Assembly: GCA_964369445.1 (NCBI GenBank)
Contig: CAYJFU010000001.1
Location: 3,409 to 67,408, forward strand
Length of the DNA: 64,000 bases
Source: an uncultured Oscillospiraceae bacterium
Lineage (GTDB): Bacteria > Bacillota > Clostridia > Oscillospirales > Ruminococcaceae
Direction: 5' to 3'
Position numbers and translations under genes: made by a program. The stretch's first letter is position 1; the number at the start of each line of letters is the position of its first letter. Below the pieces are notes generated by a model, which was not told where the DNA came from, did not search any database, and saw only the letters and a list, made by a program, of their open reading frames with translations. This document shows positions 17,941-26,225 of this stretch, one piece after another.

Positions 17941-19296
17941 ATGGATTTTATTATTTTGGGCGTTTTGGTACTGCTTACAGTTATAAATATAGCGGTGCTA
18001 ATACTAAACATAAAATTTTCAAAACGTGACGGCTTTGACCCGTCGGCTATGGCAGAGCAGTTTCGCCTGTCACGTGAGGAGCAGGCGAATGCACTGGCGC
18101 TTGCACTGCGCTCACAGACGGACATGCAAAACACGGCAATGGGGCAGATAAGCGATCGACAAAACGCCACCCTTGGGCAGATAAGCGAAAGGCAGAACGC
18201 ATCGCTTCGCGAGATGTCCGCCGCCATGAGCGAACGCCAGCAGCTTTTACAGTCAGGCATTGAGGCACAGCAAAAAAATCTTGCACAAAGCTTTCAGAAC
18301 TTCATGATGCAAAACAACCAAAACTTCGAAAACATTCGTGCCACAATGGAACAGCGCTTGCTAGCCATGACACAGCAAAACGAGAAAAAGCTCGAGGAGA
18401 TGCGTAACACCGTCGACCAAAAACTGCAAAAGACACTGGACGAAAAGCTCAACCGTTCCTTTTCACTTGTCAGCCAGCGGGTGGAGCAGGTTTACAAGGG
18501 GTTGGGCGAGATGCAAACACTTGCCGTCGGTGTCGGCGACCTGAAAAAGGTACTTGCCGGTGTTAAGACAAGGGGTATCCTAGGCGAAGTGCAACTTTCC
18601 GCTATCCTTGAAGAGATAATGACCGCTGAGCAGTACTGCGAAAATGTGCCGACAAAGCCCGGCTCTTCCGAGAGAGTGGAGTTTTGCATAAAACTACCCG
18701 GTGACGAGAGCGAGCACGTGCTACTGCCCATCGACGCAAAGTTTCCGGCGGACGTGTATATGGAGATTGTCGACGCATACGAGCGCGCCGACACCACCGC
18801 CGTGGCACAAGGACAAAAAAATCTCGAGCGCACGATAAAAGGTTTTGCAAAGGACATCAGGACAAAGTATGTAGAACCACCTTACACAACCGACTTCGCC
18901 GTCATGTTTTTGCCGACCGAGGGTCTGTTTGCGGAGGTGGTGCGCTGTGGAATATCGCAAAAGATACAGTCGGAATACAAGGTAATTGTTGCAGGCCCCA
19001 CAACGATGGCGGCACTGCTGTCCAGCTTGCAGATGGGCTTTAAAACGCTACAGATTAAAAAGCGTTCTTCGGAGGTGTGGCAGGTACTTGCCGCCGTCAA
19101 GTCGGAGTTTGAAAACTTCAACAAGGCGCTAACCTCAACGCAAAACCGACTGCGTCAGGCGCAGGACGAGCTGGAAAGCCTTGTAGGTGTGCGTTCACGG
19201 CAGATACAGCGCAAACTGCGCGGTGTGGAAATTGCTGCCACCTCCACACCTGCCGCAAATGACCTGCAAGCTGTCCTCCCGGAAATTGCTGAGTAA
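17941..19296 (+). CDS. rmuC: DNA recombination protein RmuC
   Basis: 451 aa with an N-terminal TM segment, a coiled coil and the RmuC nuclease-like domain (CIKLPGDESEHVLLPIDAKFP...FAVMFLPTEGLF). Confidence 0.85.
   Translation: MDFIILGVLVLLTVINIAVLILNIKFSKRDGFDPSAMAEQFRLSREEQANALALALRSQTDMQNTAMGQISDRQNATLGQISERQNASLREMSAAMSERQQLLQSGIEAQQKNLAQSFQNFMMQNNQNFENIRATMEQRLLAMTQQNEKKLEEMRNTVDQKLQKTLDEKLNRSFSLVSQRVEQVYKGLGEMQTLAVGVGDLKKVLAGVKTRGILGEVQLSAILEEIMTAEQYCENVPTKPGSSERVEFCIKLPGDESEHVLLPIDAKFPADVYMEIVDAYERADTTAVAQGQKNLERTIKGFAKDIRTKYVEPPYTTDFAVMFLPTEGLFAEVVRCGISQKIQSEYKVIVAGPTTMAALLSSLQMGFKTLQIKKRSSEVWQVLAAVKSEFENFNKALTSTQNRLRQAQDELESLVGVRSRQIQRKLRGVEIAATSTPAANDLQAVLPEIAE
18142..18207 (+). repeat. 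Tandem 33-nt (11-codon) duplication inside rmuC
   Basis: gggcagataagcgatcgacaaaacgccaccctt / gggcagataagcgaaaggcagaacgcatcgctt encode GQISDRQNATL / GQISERQNASL. Confidence 0.75.
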
Positions 19297-19304
19297 AATA
19301 CAAG

Positions 19305-19505
19305 CCAATTAACTGAAAAACGAAATAGTATTGCCGAGTGGAAGTTTCGCCTAACAGGACGGAAAGCATGGCCGGCACGTGATGATTCCTTAACAATCCA
19401 CCGAATAGTCAATATGCGGTGTCAAACCAAAATTCACTGCATGTTTTCCGTTTATCACAGGCGCCTGATAGGCGGGCTTTGTGCAGGTGAGTTTTGCCGG
19501 ATTGC
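19305..19505 (+). repeat. Family A element, long form, degenerate copy (A3)
   Basis: It shares ...aactgaaaaacgaaatagtattgccgag..gaagtttcgcctaacagg...ttccttaacaatccaccgaatagtcaat...caaaccaaaa... with A1 and A4. It fills the gap between convergent stop codons, and its ends are eroded. Confidence 0.5.
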
Positions 19506-19520
19506 ATCGGCTTGGCTGGG

Positions 19521-19907
19521 CTACCCCCCAAAGTCCTCCAGTAGGCGCCTAAGTTCCGACTCGTTTTTCACGACTATGCCCTCAGACAGCGCGGCGACAT
19601 CCTCTGGCGGCAGTACATCAAGGTATATATCGTAAACCTCGACGACCTTTCCGGACTCATCAAACAGCGCTACCATATCCCCCAGCGGCGCAAGGTGATA
19701 AAAATCCTGTGCTTGCTGTGTGGGCGGTTGTGGCTCACTTGAGTGCTGTGACACGTCCTCGACAACCGGCTCTGTCCTTAAATCGGAGTAGCTTGGCTCT
19801 TGTGTTGTCTGTTCGGCGCTCACCGGCACCGAGTACAAAAGCTGTATCGTTATGCTTACCACCATAACCACAGCGGTACAATAACCGAGAATCAACCACT
19901 TTTTCAT
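19521..19907 (-). CDS. Membrane-anchored hypothetical protein
   Basis: 128 aa with an N-terminal TM/signal anchor (WLILGYCTAVVMVVSITIQLL), a low-complexity linker and a small C-terminal domain (YDIYLDVLPPEDVAALSEGIVVKNESELRRLLEDF). The family is not recognised with confidence. Confidence 0.5.
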   Translation of the reverse strand: MKKWLILGYCTAVVMVVSITIQLLYSVPVSAEQTTQEPSYSDLRTEPVVEDVSQHSSEPQPPTQQAQDFYHLAPLGDMVALFDESGKVVEVYDIYLDVLPPEDVAALSEGIVVKNESELRRLLEDFGG

Positions 19908-20085
19908 AATTCACCCTATAATGTCGTTAAACTGAATGATTGTGTGACAGAAAGTGTTCCGACAACTCCATGCCTACCTCAATGAGTTGCACGGAAAAAC
20001 TAGTCAAAACCATTAGCCACTTCCCTGTACAGTATATTTATTGACATTAAAAAGGGTGAATATTCATATTGCGTTTTCATTTTGG

Positions 20086-20118
20086 ATTGCTACCCCCGTC
20101 CCCGACGGTGGAAGCATT
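20086..20118. repeat. Family B hairpin, degenerate (B6), abutting MITE A4
   Basis: attgctaccc-ccgtccccgacgg-tggaagcatt. It is preceded by cgttttcattttgg, the same lead-in as hairpin B9. Confidence 0.45.
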
Positions 20119-20130
20119 TGGGAATATCTT

Positions 20131-20349
20131 AAAGTTGTTTAACTTGAAATCTTCACAAAATTGCTGAGAAGAAATTTCGCCTATCATGGCTGAGAGTCCG
20201 CGCGCTGTGCGTTGTTCTTTTAACAATACACCGGATTATTAATTTTGCTGATGGCAAAACCTAAACAACTTTGTCGTATTACGATTGACGCGAGAGAAAC
20301 CTGTGGAATCTCTGCCGGAAGATTGTGGTGGATAAGTTAAATAATTGTA
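20131..20349 (+). mobile_element. Family A element, long form (A4)
   Basis: aaagttgtttaacttgaaa...gaaatttcgcctatcatggc...cttttaacaatacaccggattattaattttgctgatggcaaaacctaaaca...cgattgacgcg...ctctgccggaagattgtggtggataagttaaataattgta. It ends 1 nt before the yfcE-like stop codon. Confidence 0.65.
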
Positions 20350-20350
20350 A

Positions 20351-20830
20351 TCATATTCGCAAAATCACATGCTCAAAGCGTGGTTTTTTGCCCTCTTCAA
20401 GATGCATTACTCCGTAAGAATATTCTTCAAACGCACGCCCAAGTGCGCCGGGATTGAAAAGATGTATGTCATCTATTATATGATCAAACGGATGGTGTGT
20501 GTGGCCAAAAAGCACAATATCCGCGTCCTGTTGTTTTGCCACCTCGACCGTCTCCGCAAGCGATAGTTTCACATTGAGCAGGTTGCCATGGGTGTAAAGT
20601 ATCCTGTAACCCATAATCGTCACAAGGCCGTCGGTTTGGTAACTCTGTTCACGGTCACAGTTACCGCGCACTGCGTAAAATTGTAGTGCCGGAAACTCTT
20701 TACAAAAACCAACTATGTCTTTAATACCGTCACCCAGAAAAAAAATGCCGTCAGCGCCCTTAGCACTCTCGCACAGATGTGCAAGGTGCTTTGTGTTGCC
20801 GTGTGTGTCTGAAACGACTAAGTATGTCAT
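20351..20830 (-). CDS. YfcE/MJ0936-family metallophosphoesterase
   Basis: 159 aa with VVSDTHGN, GDG, GNCD and GHTH calcineurin-like motifs. Confidence 0.8.
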   Translation of the reverse strand: MTYLVVSDTHGNTKHLAHLCESAKGADGIFFLGDGIKDIVGFCKEFPALQFYAVRGNCDREQSYQTDGLVTIMGYRILYTHGNLLNVKLSLAETVEVAKQQDADIVLFGHTHHPFDHIIDDIHLFNPGALGRAFEEYSYGVMHLEEGKKPRFEHVILRI

Positions 20831-21660
20831 CTTTTTTCCAATGCTCCGTTGTAAAGTTTGTTTTTTGAAATGCCGGTTGCCCCCGACACCTCCTTTGCCG
20901 CCTGTGACAGTGCCATCCCCTGCTGTTCCAGCCGTAATACCTGTTGCAACGCCGTGTCAAAGTCCACCGCCTGCGTCTCCCCTGCCCCCTCTATGACAAG
21001 CACGTACTCGCCTTTGGGTTTTGTTTGGGTGTAAAGCTTTACCGCTTCGTCCAGCGTTGTATAATCGCAACTCTCGTAAATCTTTGTCAGTTCGTGATGT
21101 ATGCTTATGTTCCTGTCGCCGAGCGCTGTGTGCATGTCCTTTAACGTACGTAACAGTTTGTGTGGCGCCTCGTAAAAAATCATCGTGCGACGTTCGTTTT
21201 TCAGTGAAAGCAGGTGCTCACTCCTCGATTTTGCCGATGTCGACAAGAAACCCTCAAAGCAGAACTTTCCCGTTGAAAGTCCACTTACCGACAATGCAGT
21301 CACCGCCGCACATGCACCCGGTACCGCCACAACTTTTATACCCCTCTGGCGTGCCTCTCGCACCAGTATTTCACCCGGGTCAGACACCGCCGGTGTACCG
21401 GCATCGGTGCAAAGGGCACAACTCTCTCCCTGCTGTATTCTGTCCAAAATTGCGCTTCCGCAAACAAGATTATGCGCATGATATGCCGTAAGGGGCTTTT
21501 TTATTTCCAGTGCGTTTAGCAGTTTCGCTGTGACGCGCGTGTCCTCCGCCGCTATAAAATCCACACCACCGAGTATCCGTACCGCGCGGTAGGTTATGTC
21601 CCCGAGGTTACCTATCGGGGTCGCGACAACATACAGCGCCGCTGTTATCTGCTCAGCCAT
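20827..21660 (-). CDS. rsmI: 16S rRNA (cytidine1402-2'-O)-methyltransferase RsmI
   Basis: 277 aa with LYVVATPIGNLGDITYRA...AAEDTR...SDAGTP tetrapyrrole-methylase-fold motifs. Confidence 0.9.
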   Translation of the reverse strand: MAEQITAALYVVATPIGNLGDITYRAVRILGGVDFIAAEDTRVTAKLLNALEIKKPLTAYHAHNLVCGSAILDRIQQGESCALCTDAGTPAVSDPGEILVREARQRGIKVVAVPGACAAVTALSVSGLSTGKFCFEGFLSTSAKSRSEHLLSLKNERRTMIFYEAPHKLLRTLKDMHTALGDRNISIHHELTKIYESCDYTTLDEAVKLYTQTKPKGEYVLVIEGAGETQAVDFDTALQQVLRLEQQGMALSQAAKEVSGATGISKNKLYNGALEKR

Positions 21661-22390
21661 TTTCCCCTTTCGATTGTGAGTGTGAGTGCGATTTATATAT
21701 TCTCATAAGTTCCGCAGTGTGGTTTCCCCCTCGTGTCTCCACCACTAAATCAGGTAGTAGGTGCAGCCCCACTCCGCCGCCTTTGCGACCATCTATAAGC
21801 GCTAAAAAAGGTGCTCGACCGGATTTTGGACGCACAAACCTTAAACGTTTCGGCTCTATGCCGTGCGCGCGCATGATGCAAAATATATCCGCTATGCGCT
21901 GTGGCCGATGGCACATACAAAACCTGCCACCGTGCTTTAAATTTGCAGCCGCCGTCGCAACAACGTCGCTGAGCAACCCCTCGCGTTCATGCCTTATGGT
22001 GCTTCTGCTGTCATTTTGCGCCTTTTGACCACTTGTAAAATAAGGTGGGTTGCAACTTATCACGTCAAAAAGTTTTTCGCTTTTGTAGCCTTTTAAATCA
22101 CGGCACACAGGCTCTATATTTGTAATATTTTGCTGTGCTACGGCGCGCTTTATAAGCTGTACGGCATCAGGCTGTATCTCAAGCGCCACAATGCGCCCCC
22201 TCACGCCGCTATCATAAAACCGAAAGGGCATAATGCCGCAACCGCTACACAAATCCAAAACGGACTCCGCACGCCGAACGTTGCAAAAATGTGAAAGTAT
22301 CATGGCATCGGTACCAAACCTGTGGTTTTGGTCGATAAATAGCACCGTGCCGCCGCTTAATATTTCTTGTGTCATAACATATTCATTCAA
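21653..22390 (-). CDS. SAM-dependent N6-adenine methyltransferase, tRNA1(Val) m6A37 TrmN6/YfiC-like
   Basis: 245 aa with LDLCSGCGI (motif I) and CNPPYF (motif IV NPPY). Confidence 0.75.
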   Translation of the reverse strand: MNEYVMTQEILSGGTVLFIDQNHRFGTDAMILSHFCNVRRAESVLDLCSGCGIMPFRFYDSGVRGRIVALEIQPDAVQLIKRAVAQQNITNIEPVCRDLKGYKSEKLFDVISCNPPYFTSGQKAQNDSRSTIRHEREGLLSDVVATAAANLKHGGRFCMCHRPQRIADIFCIMRAHGIEPKRLRFVRPKSGRAPFLALIDGRKGGGVGLHLLPDLVVETRGGNHTAELMRIYKSHSHSQSKGENG

Positions 22391-22402
22391 CTATATTTAA
22401 GT

Positions 22403-22443
22403 AAAACGCACCAAGCCTTTCATTAAAAGACCGGTGCGCTTTT
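22403..22443 (-). terminator. Hairpin downstream of the ferredoxin gene
   Basis: On the minus strand it reads aaaagcgcaccgg...ggtgcgtttt, a stem followed by a T-run. Confidence 0.5.
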
Positions 22444-22479
22444 GTTGTTTTAAAAAGATTGAGTAGTAAAGTATTATGA

Positions 22480-22650
22480 TTATTCTTCGGAAATTGCATC
22501 GGTAGGACAGCAACCTTTGCAAGCGCCACAGTCTATGCATGTGTCGGCATTTATCTCGTAGTGCTCTGCACCCATAGATATTGCCTCAACGGGACATTCG
22601 CCCTCACAAGCGCCACAAGAAATGCAATCATTGTTAATAACGTGTGCCAT
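22480..22650 (-). CDS. fdx: Clostridial-type 2x[4Fe-4S] ferredoxin
   Basis: 56 aa starting at MAHVINNDCISCGACEGECP...CIDCGACKGCCP. RBS ggaggt lies upstream. The longer listed ORF (to 22770) is an upstream extension with no support. Confidence 0.85.
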   Translation of the reverse strand: MAHVINNDCISCGACEGECPVEAISMGAEHYEINADTCIDCGACKGCCPTDAISEE

Positions 22651-22691
22651 AATAAAACCTCCAGTTAAATATTGTATATCTTTGCTTGTAT

Positions 22692-22720
22692 ATTTTATCA
22701 CAATTGCCTTAAACACGCAA
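22692..22720 (-). promoter_or_regulatory. Candidate SigA promoter of the ferredoxin gene
   Basis: On the minus strand: TTGCGT, 17 nt, TAAAAT, preceded by TGa (extended -10). Confidence 0.45.
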
Positions 22721-22803
22721 GAGATTTTTTCAATACTGAGCAAAAAACTTACAAAATTTGCAAAACCCACTTATAGGCAACCCTCACCACCTAAACCAAA
22801 CAC

Positions 22804-22832
22804 TTGCAAAAGTTGGTAACAATTGTTATAAT
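22804..22832 (+). promoter_or_regulatory. Near-consensus SigA promoter of the XRE-cupin-acyl-CoA synthetase gene
   Basis: TTGCAA (22804-22809), a 17-nt spacer and TATAAT (22827-22832), 46 nt upstream of the ATG. Confidence 0.6.
22817..22828. promoter_or_regulatory. Perfect 12-bp palindrome overlapping the -10 region (candidate XRE operator)
   Basis: TAACAATTGTTA. A second ATTGT-ttt-ACAAT inverted repeat lies at 22844-22856. Confidence 0.5.
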
Positions 22833-22877
22833 GTAATGTAATTATTGTTTTACAATCTATTTTAAAGGAAACATATA

Positions 22878-25151
22878 ATGAGTAATTTTAATTTCAAACA
22901 GCAGTTATCCGAGGTTGCAAACAGAATTTGCGCTATGAGAGAAATTGTAGGGCTGTCGGTTGAGGCAATGGCGGAACAAACCGGTATTACGGTGCAGGAG
23001 TACCTCCTGTGTGAGTCCGGTGAAAAGGAGTTCAGCGTTACATTTATCTACCGCTGTGCCCATATATTCGGCATCGACCCGACGGATTTGTTAAAAGGCC
23101 TTGGCCCCACGCTTTCCAGTTATACCGTGACGCGCAAAGGTGACGGATTGCCCATGCTTCGCAAGGGGTTGCCGTGTCTTAACATGGCGCCACTGTTCAA
23201 GCAAAAGGTTGCCGAGCCGTATTTCGTCACCATTCCTTACTCTAAAGAGGAGGAAAACGCACCGATAAAGCTATCCTCGCATGACGGACAGGAGATGTTC
23301 ATCATATTAAAGGGTAGCCTGAGAATGCAACTGGACGAGCATGTCGAGCTACTATCTGAGGGCGACACGGTGTATTTTAACTGCTCGGTACCGCACGGTG
23401 TAGTTGCGGTGGGCGGTGAGCAATGTCAGCTTTATGCCATAATGTTAAAGGGCGAAAACCTGCCGAGTGCCGAACATGATACACAAGGTCAAAAATACAT
23501 AAAAAGGGCGCAGGTCCCGACCGTCGCACAGAAGTTTATCGACACGACGGTGGATGAGAACGGTGTTTTGACAAACATCACATTTAAAAACGATGACAGT
23601 TTTAACTTTGGCTTTGATGTTGTCGATGCCATAGCCGATAAAAATCCCGATAAACTCGCTATGCTTCACGTTTCAAGAGAGCACGAGGAGCGACGTTTTA
23701 CATTTGGGGAGTTAAAAATCGAATCCAACCGTGCACTCAACTACTTTAAAAGTCTCGGCATAAAAAAGGGCGACAAGGTGATGCTTGTGCTCAAGCGCCA
23801 CCATCAGTTTTGGACCTGCATGGTGGCACTGCACAAACTTGGCGCTATATCCATACCGGCAACCAACCAGTTGACGGAGCATGATTTCCTGTACCGATTT
23901 GACGCGGCTGAGGTCGATGCGCTTGTGTGCACCGGCGACGGCGACGTGTCGGACATGGCACGCTCAGCGGCGAGCAAGTGCAAAAAGCAACCGTTACTCA
24001 TTATGGCAAACGGTACTAAGGACGGTTGGCACAACTTTGACAGCGAGTACAAAGAGCACAGCGACCTTCACGAGCGCGCTGAGCAAAGTTCCTGCGGCGA
24101 CGAGCCGGTGCTGATGTTTTTCACCTCCGGCACGACCAGCTATCCCAAAATCGCCACACACAACCACAAATACGGTCTGGGGCATTATGTGACCGCCAAG
24201 TACTGGCACAACGTCAACCCCGACGGACTGCATTTCACCATATCAGACACCGGTTGGGGCAAGGCTGTTTGGGGCAAATTTTACGGTCAATGGCTGTGCG
24301 AAGCACCCGTGTTTACATATGATTTTGATAGATTTGACGCGCATGACCTGCTCGGCATGTTTGCAAAATACAATATCACCACCTTTTGTGCGCCACCCAC
24401 CATGTACAGATTTTTCATAAAAGAAGATCTTTCCAAATACGATTTGACGACGATAGAACACTCCACCGTCGCAGGTGAAGCACTAAACGCCGAGGTGTAT
24501 GAGCAGTGGAAAAAGGCGACCGGTTTGAGCCTGATGGAGGGCTTTGGGCAGACCGAAACCACGCTTGCCATCTACAACGCAGTCGGAACAACACCAAAAC
24601 CCGGCTCGATGGGCAAAGCAAACCCCCTCTACGATGTCGATATTATCATGCCGGACGGTAGCAGTGCCCCTGTCGGCGAGACCGGTGAAATCGTTATACG
24701 CTACGGTGACAAGCGCCCCTGTGGCCTGTTCGAGGGCTACTACAATGACGATGAGAAAAACGCCGCGGCGCATGAGGGCGGTGTCTATCACACCGGTGAC
24801 ACGGCATGGCGCGACGAGGACGGCTACTTTTGGTATGTGGGTCGTACCGATGACCTTATCAAGTCATCGGGTTACCGTATCGGCCCGTTTGAGATAGAAA
24901 GCGTAATAATGGAACTTCCCTTTGTTCTGGAATGTGCCGTAACGCCGGTGCCCGATCCGGATAGGGGGCAGATTGTCAAAGCAACAGTTGTGCTTGTAAA
25001 GGACACTCAGCCAACAGAGGAGTTAAAAAAGCAGATACAGAGCTATGTGAAAACGCACACTGCGCCTTATAAGTACCCGAGGATAGTGGAGTTTAGAGAG
25101 TCGTTGCCAAAGACTATAAGTGGTAAGATAAGGCGCGTTGAGTTAAGATAA
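22878..25151 (+). CDS. Fusion protein: XRE HTH + cupin sensor domain + AMP-forming (medium/short-chain) acyl-CoA synthetase
   Basis: 757 aa. Residues ~10-70 form an HTH_3 domain (REIVGLSVEAMAEQTGITVQEY). Residues ~120-190 form a cupin (HDGQEMFIILKGSL...GDTVYFNCSVPHG). The remainder is an ANL-superfamily enzyme (FFTSGTTSYPK, GYRIGPFEIES, SGKIRR). Confidence 0.75.
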   Translation: MSNFNFKQQLSEVANRICAMREIVGLSVEAMAEQTGITVQEYLLCESGEKEFSVTFIYRCAHIFGIDPTDLLKGLGPTLSSYTVTRKGDGLPMLRKGLPCLNMAPLFKQKVAEPYFVTIPYSKEEENAPIKLSSHDGQEMFIILKGSLRMQLDEHVELLSEGDTVYFNCSVPHGVVAVGGEQCQLYAIMLKGENLPSAEHDTQGQKYIKRAQVPTVAQKFIDTTVDENGVLTNITFKNDDSFNFGFDVVDAIADKNPDKLAMLHVSREHEERRFTFGELKIESNRALNYFKSLGIKKGDKVMLVLKRHHQFWTCMVALHKLGAISIPATNQLTEHDFLYRFDAAEVDALVCTGDGDVSDMARSAASKCKKQPLLIMANGTKDGWHNFDSEYKEHSDLHERAEQSSCGDEPVLMFFTSGTTSYPKIATHNHKYGLGHYVTAKYWHNVNPDGLHFTISDTGWGKAVWGKFYGQWLCEAPVFTYDFDRFDAHDLLGMFAKYNITTFCAPPTMYRFFIKEDLSKYDLTTIEHSTVAGEALNAEVYEQWKKATGLSLMEGFGQTETTLAIYNAVGTTPKPGSMGKANPLYDVDIIMPDGSSAPVGETGEIVIRYGDKRPCGLFEGYYNDDEKNAAAHEGGVYHTGDTAWRDEDGYFWYVGRTDDLIKSSGYRIGPFEIESVIMELPFVLECAVTPVPDPDRGQIVKATVVLVKDTQPTEELKKQIQSYVKTHTAPYKYPRIVEFRESLPKTISGKIRRVELR

Positions 25152-25163
25152 AAGTTGTTATAG

Positions 25164-25934
25164 GTGATGATGAATAGTAATGATACGGTGACAGTCGTCG
25201 CGAAAGCGGCATCCGACAAAACTATATTGTACAAAAAAAATCCAATAGGCTTTTTGATAAAAGCCGCACTTGCAGGCATGTATGTGGGCATATCGGTCAT
25301 ACTGTCCACGACGGTGGGGGTTGCCCTGCCCGTTAGCGAGGTTTACGGCACCAGCATTGTTCAAGGGTTGAGTTTTGGCGTCGGCATGAGCCTTGTGGTG
25401 ATGGCGGGTGGCGAACTTTTTACCGGCAACAACATGATAATGACGGTTGGAATAATGCAAAAAACCGTTAATTTGGGCAACACATTGCGATTGGGTGCTG
25501 TAAATCTGTTTGGAAATCTGCTGGGCGCTGTGCTTTTGACGGTTATGTTTGTGCTTTCCGGTTTAACGGACGGCACACTTGGCGAATATATTATAGAGGT
25601 GGCATACACAAAGATGTCGCTGTCCCCTGTGGAGCTTATCTTCAGGGGTGCGCTGTGCAACTTTTTGGTGTGTGCCGCTGTTTGGTGTAGCTGGCGCATG
25701 TCGTCGGAGAGCGGCAAGATTTTGGTTATATTAATGTGTCTTTTCGCCTTTGTGACATCGGGTTTTGAGCACAGCATCGCAAACATGTTGACCTTTGCTT
25801 CAGCTACCCTCATATCTGCGGATGTAAACGTTTTACTTGGCGGACTTTACAACCTCTTTTTTGTCATTATAGGCAACATGCTCGGTGGCATACTGCTTGT
25901 GGCGATACCAAATGTAATTTCAAGGCAACAATAA
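25164..25934 (+). CDS. Formate/nitrite transporter (FNT) family channel
   Basis: 256 aa with six TM segments, GGELFTGN and FEHSIANM signature motifs. The start is ambiguous among GTG 25164 and ATG 25167 or 25170. Confidence 0.85.
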   Translation: MMMNSNDTVTVVAKAASDKTILYKKNPIGFLIKAALAGMYVGISVILSTTVGVALPVSEVYGTSIVQGLSFGVGMSLVVMAGGELFTGNNMIMTVGIMQKTVNLGNTLRLGAVNLFGNLLGAVLLTVMFVLSGLTDGTLGEYIIEVAYTKMSLSPVELIFRGALCNFLVCAAVWCSWRMSSESGKILVILMCLFAFVTSGFEHSIANMLTFASATLISADVNVLLGGLYNLFFVIIGNMLGGILLVAIPNVISRQQ

Positions 25935-26015
25935 AAAAGATATGCTGCTTTTCATGCGCAATATCGAACTGTCTCGTTGGTGTAAATTATTGTCGGGTTG
26001 CACAAAAGACTGATG

Positions 26016-26058
26016 TTTGGACTGCTATCTCCGCCTTCGGCAGGAGTAGCAGTCCAAA
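26016..26058. terminator. Family B-like hairpin (B7) downstream of the FNT gene
   Basis: tttggactgctatctcc-gccttcggc-aggagtagcagtccaaa with a UUCG loop. Confidence 0.55.
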
Positions 26059-26225
26059 GCAAATTAAATGTAGTGCGACATCCCCACAAAAATCTTAAGA
26101 ATTCTGTAATATTACTTTAATTGACATATCTCGTCAAATATGATACTGTTTAATTGTAATTAATAGGTTAACAAGACATTTTTGCATACAATAATTATCG
26201 ACTTTGATTGTTTAGCGGGTGAGTT

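Noticed and set aside
22651-22770. 40-codon N-terminal extension of the ferredoxin ORF
   Set aside because: The conserved 55-56 aa clostridial ferredoxin begins at MAHVINNDC, with RBS ggaggt 8 nt upstream. The extension covers the promoter region.
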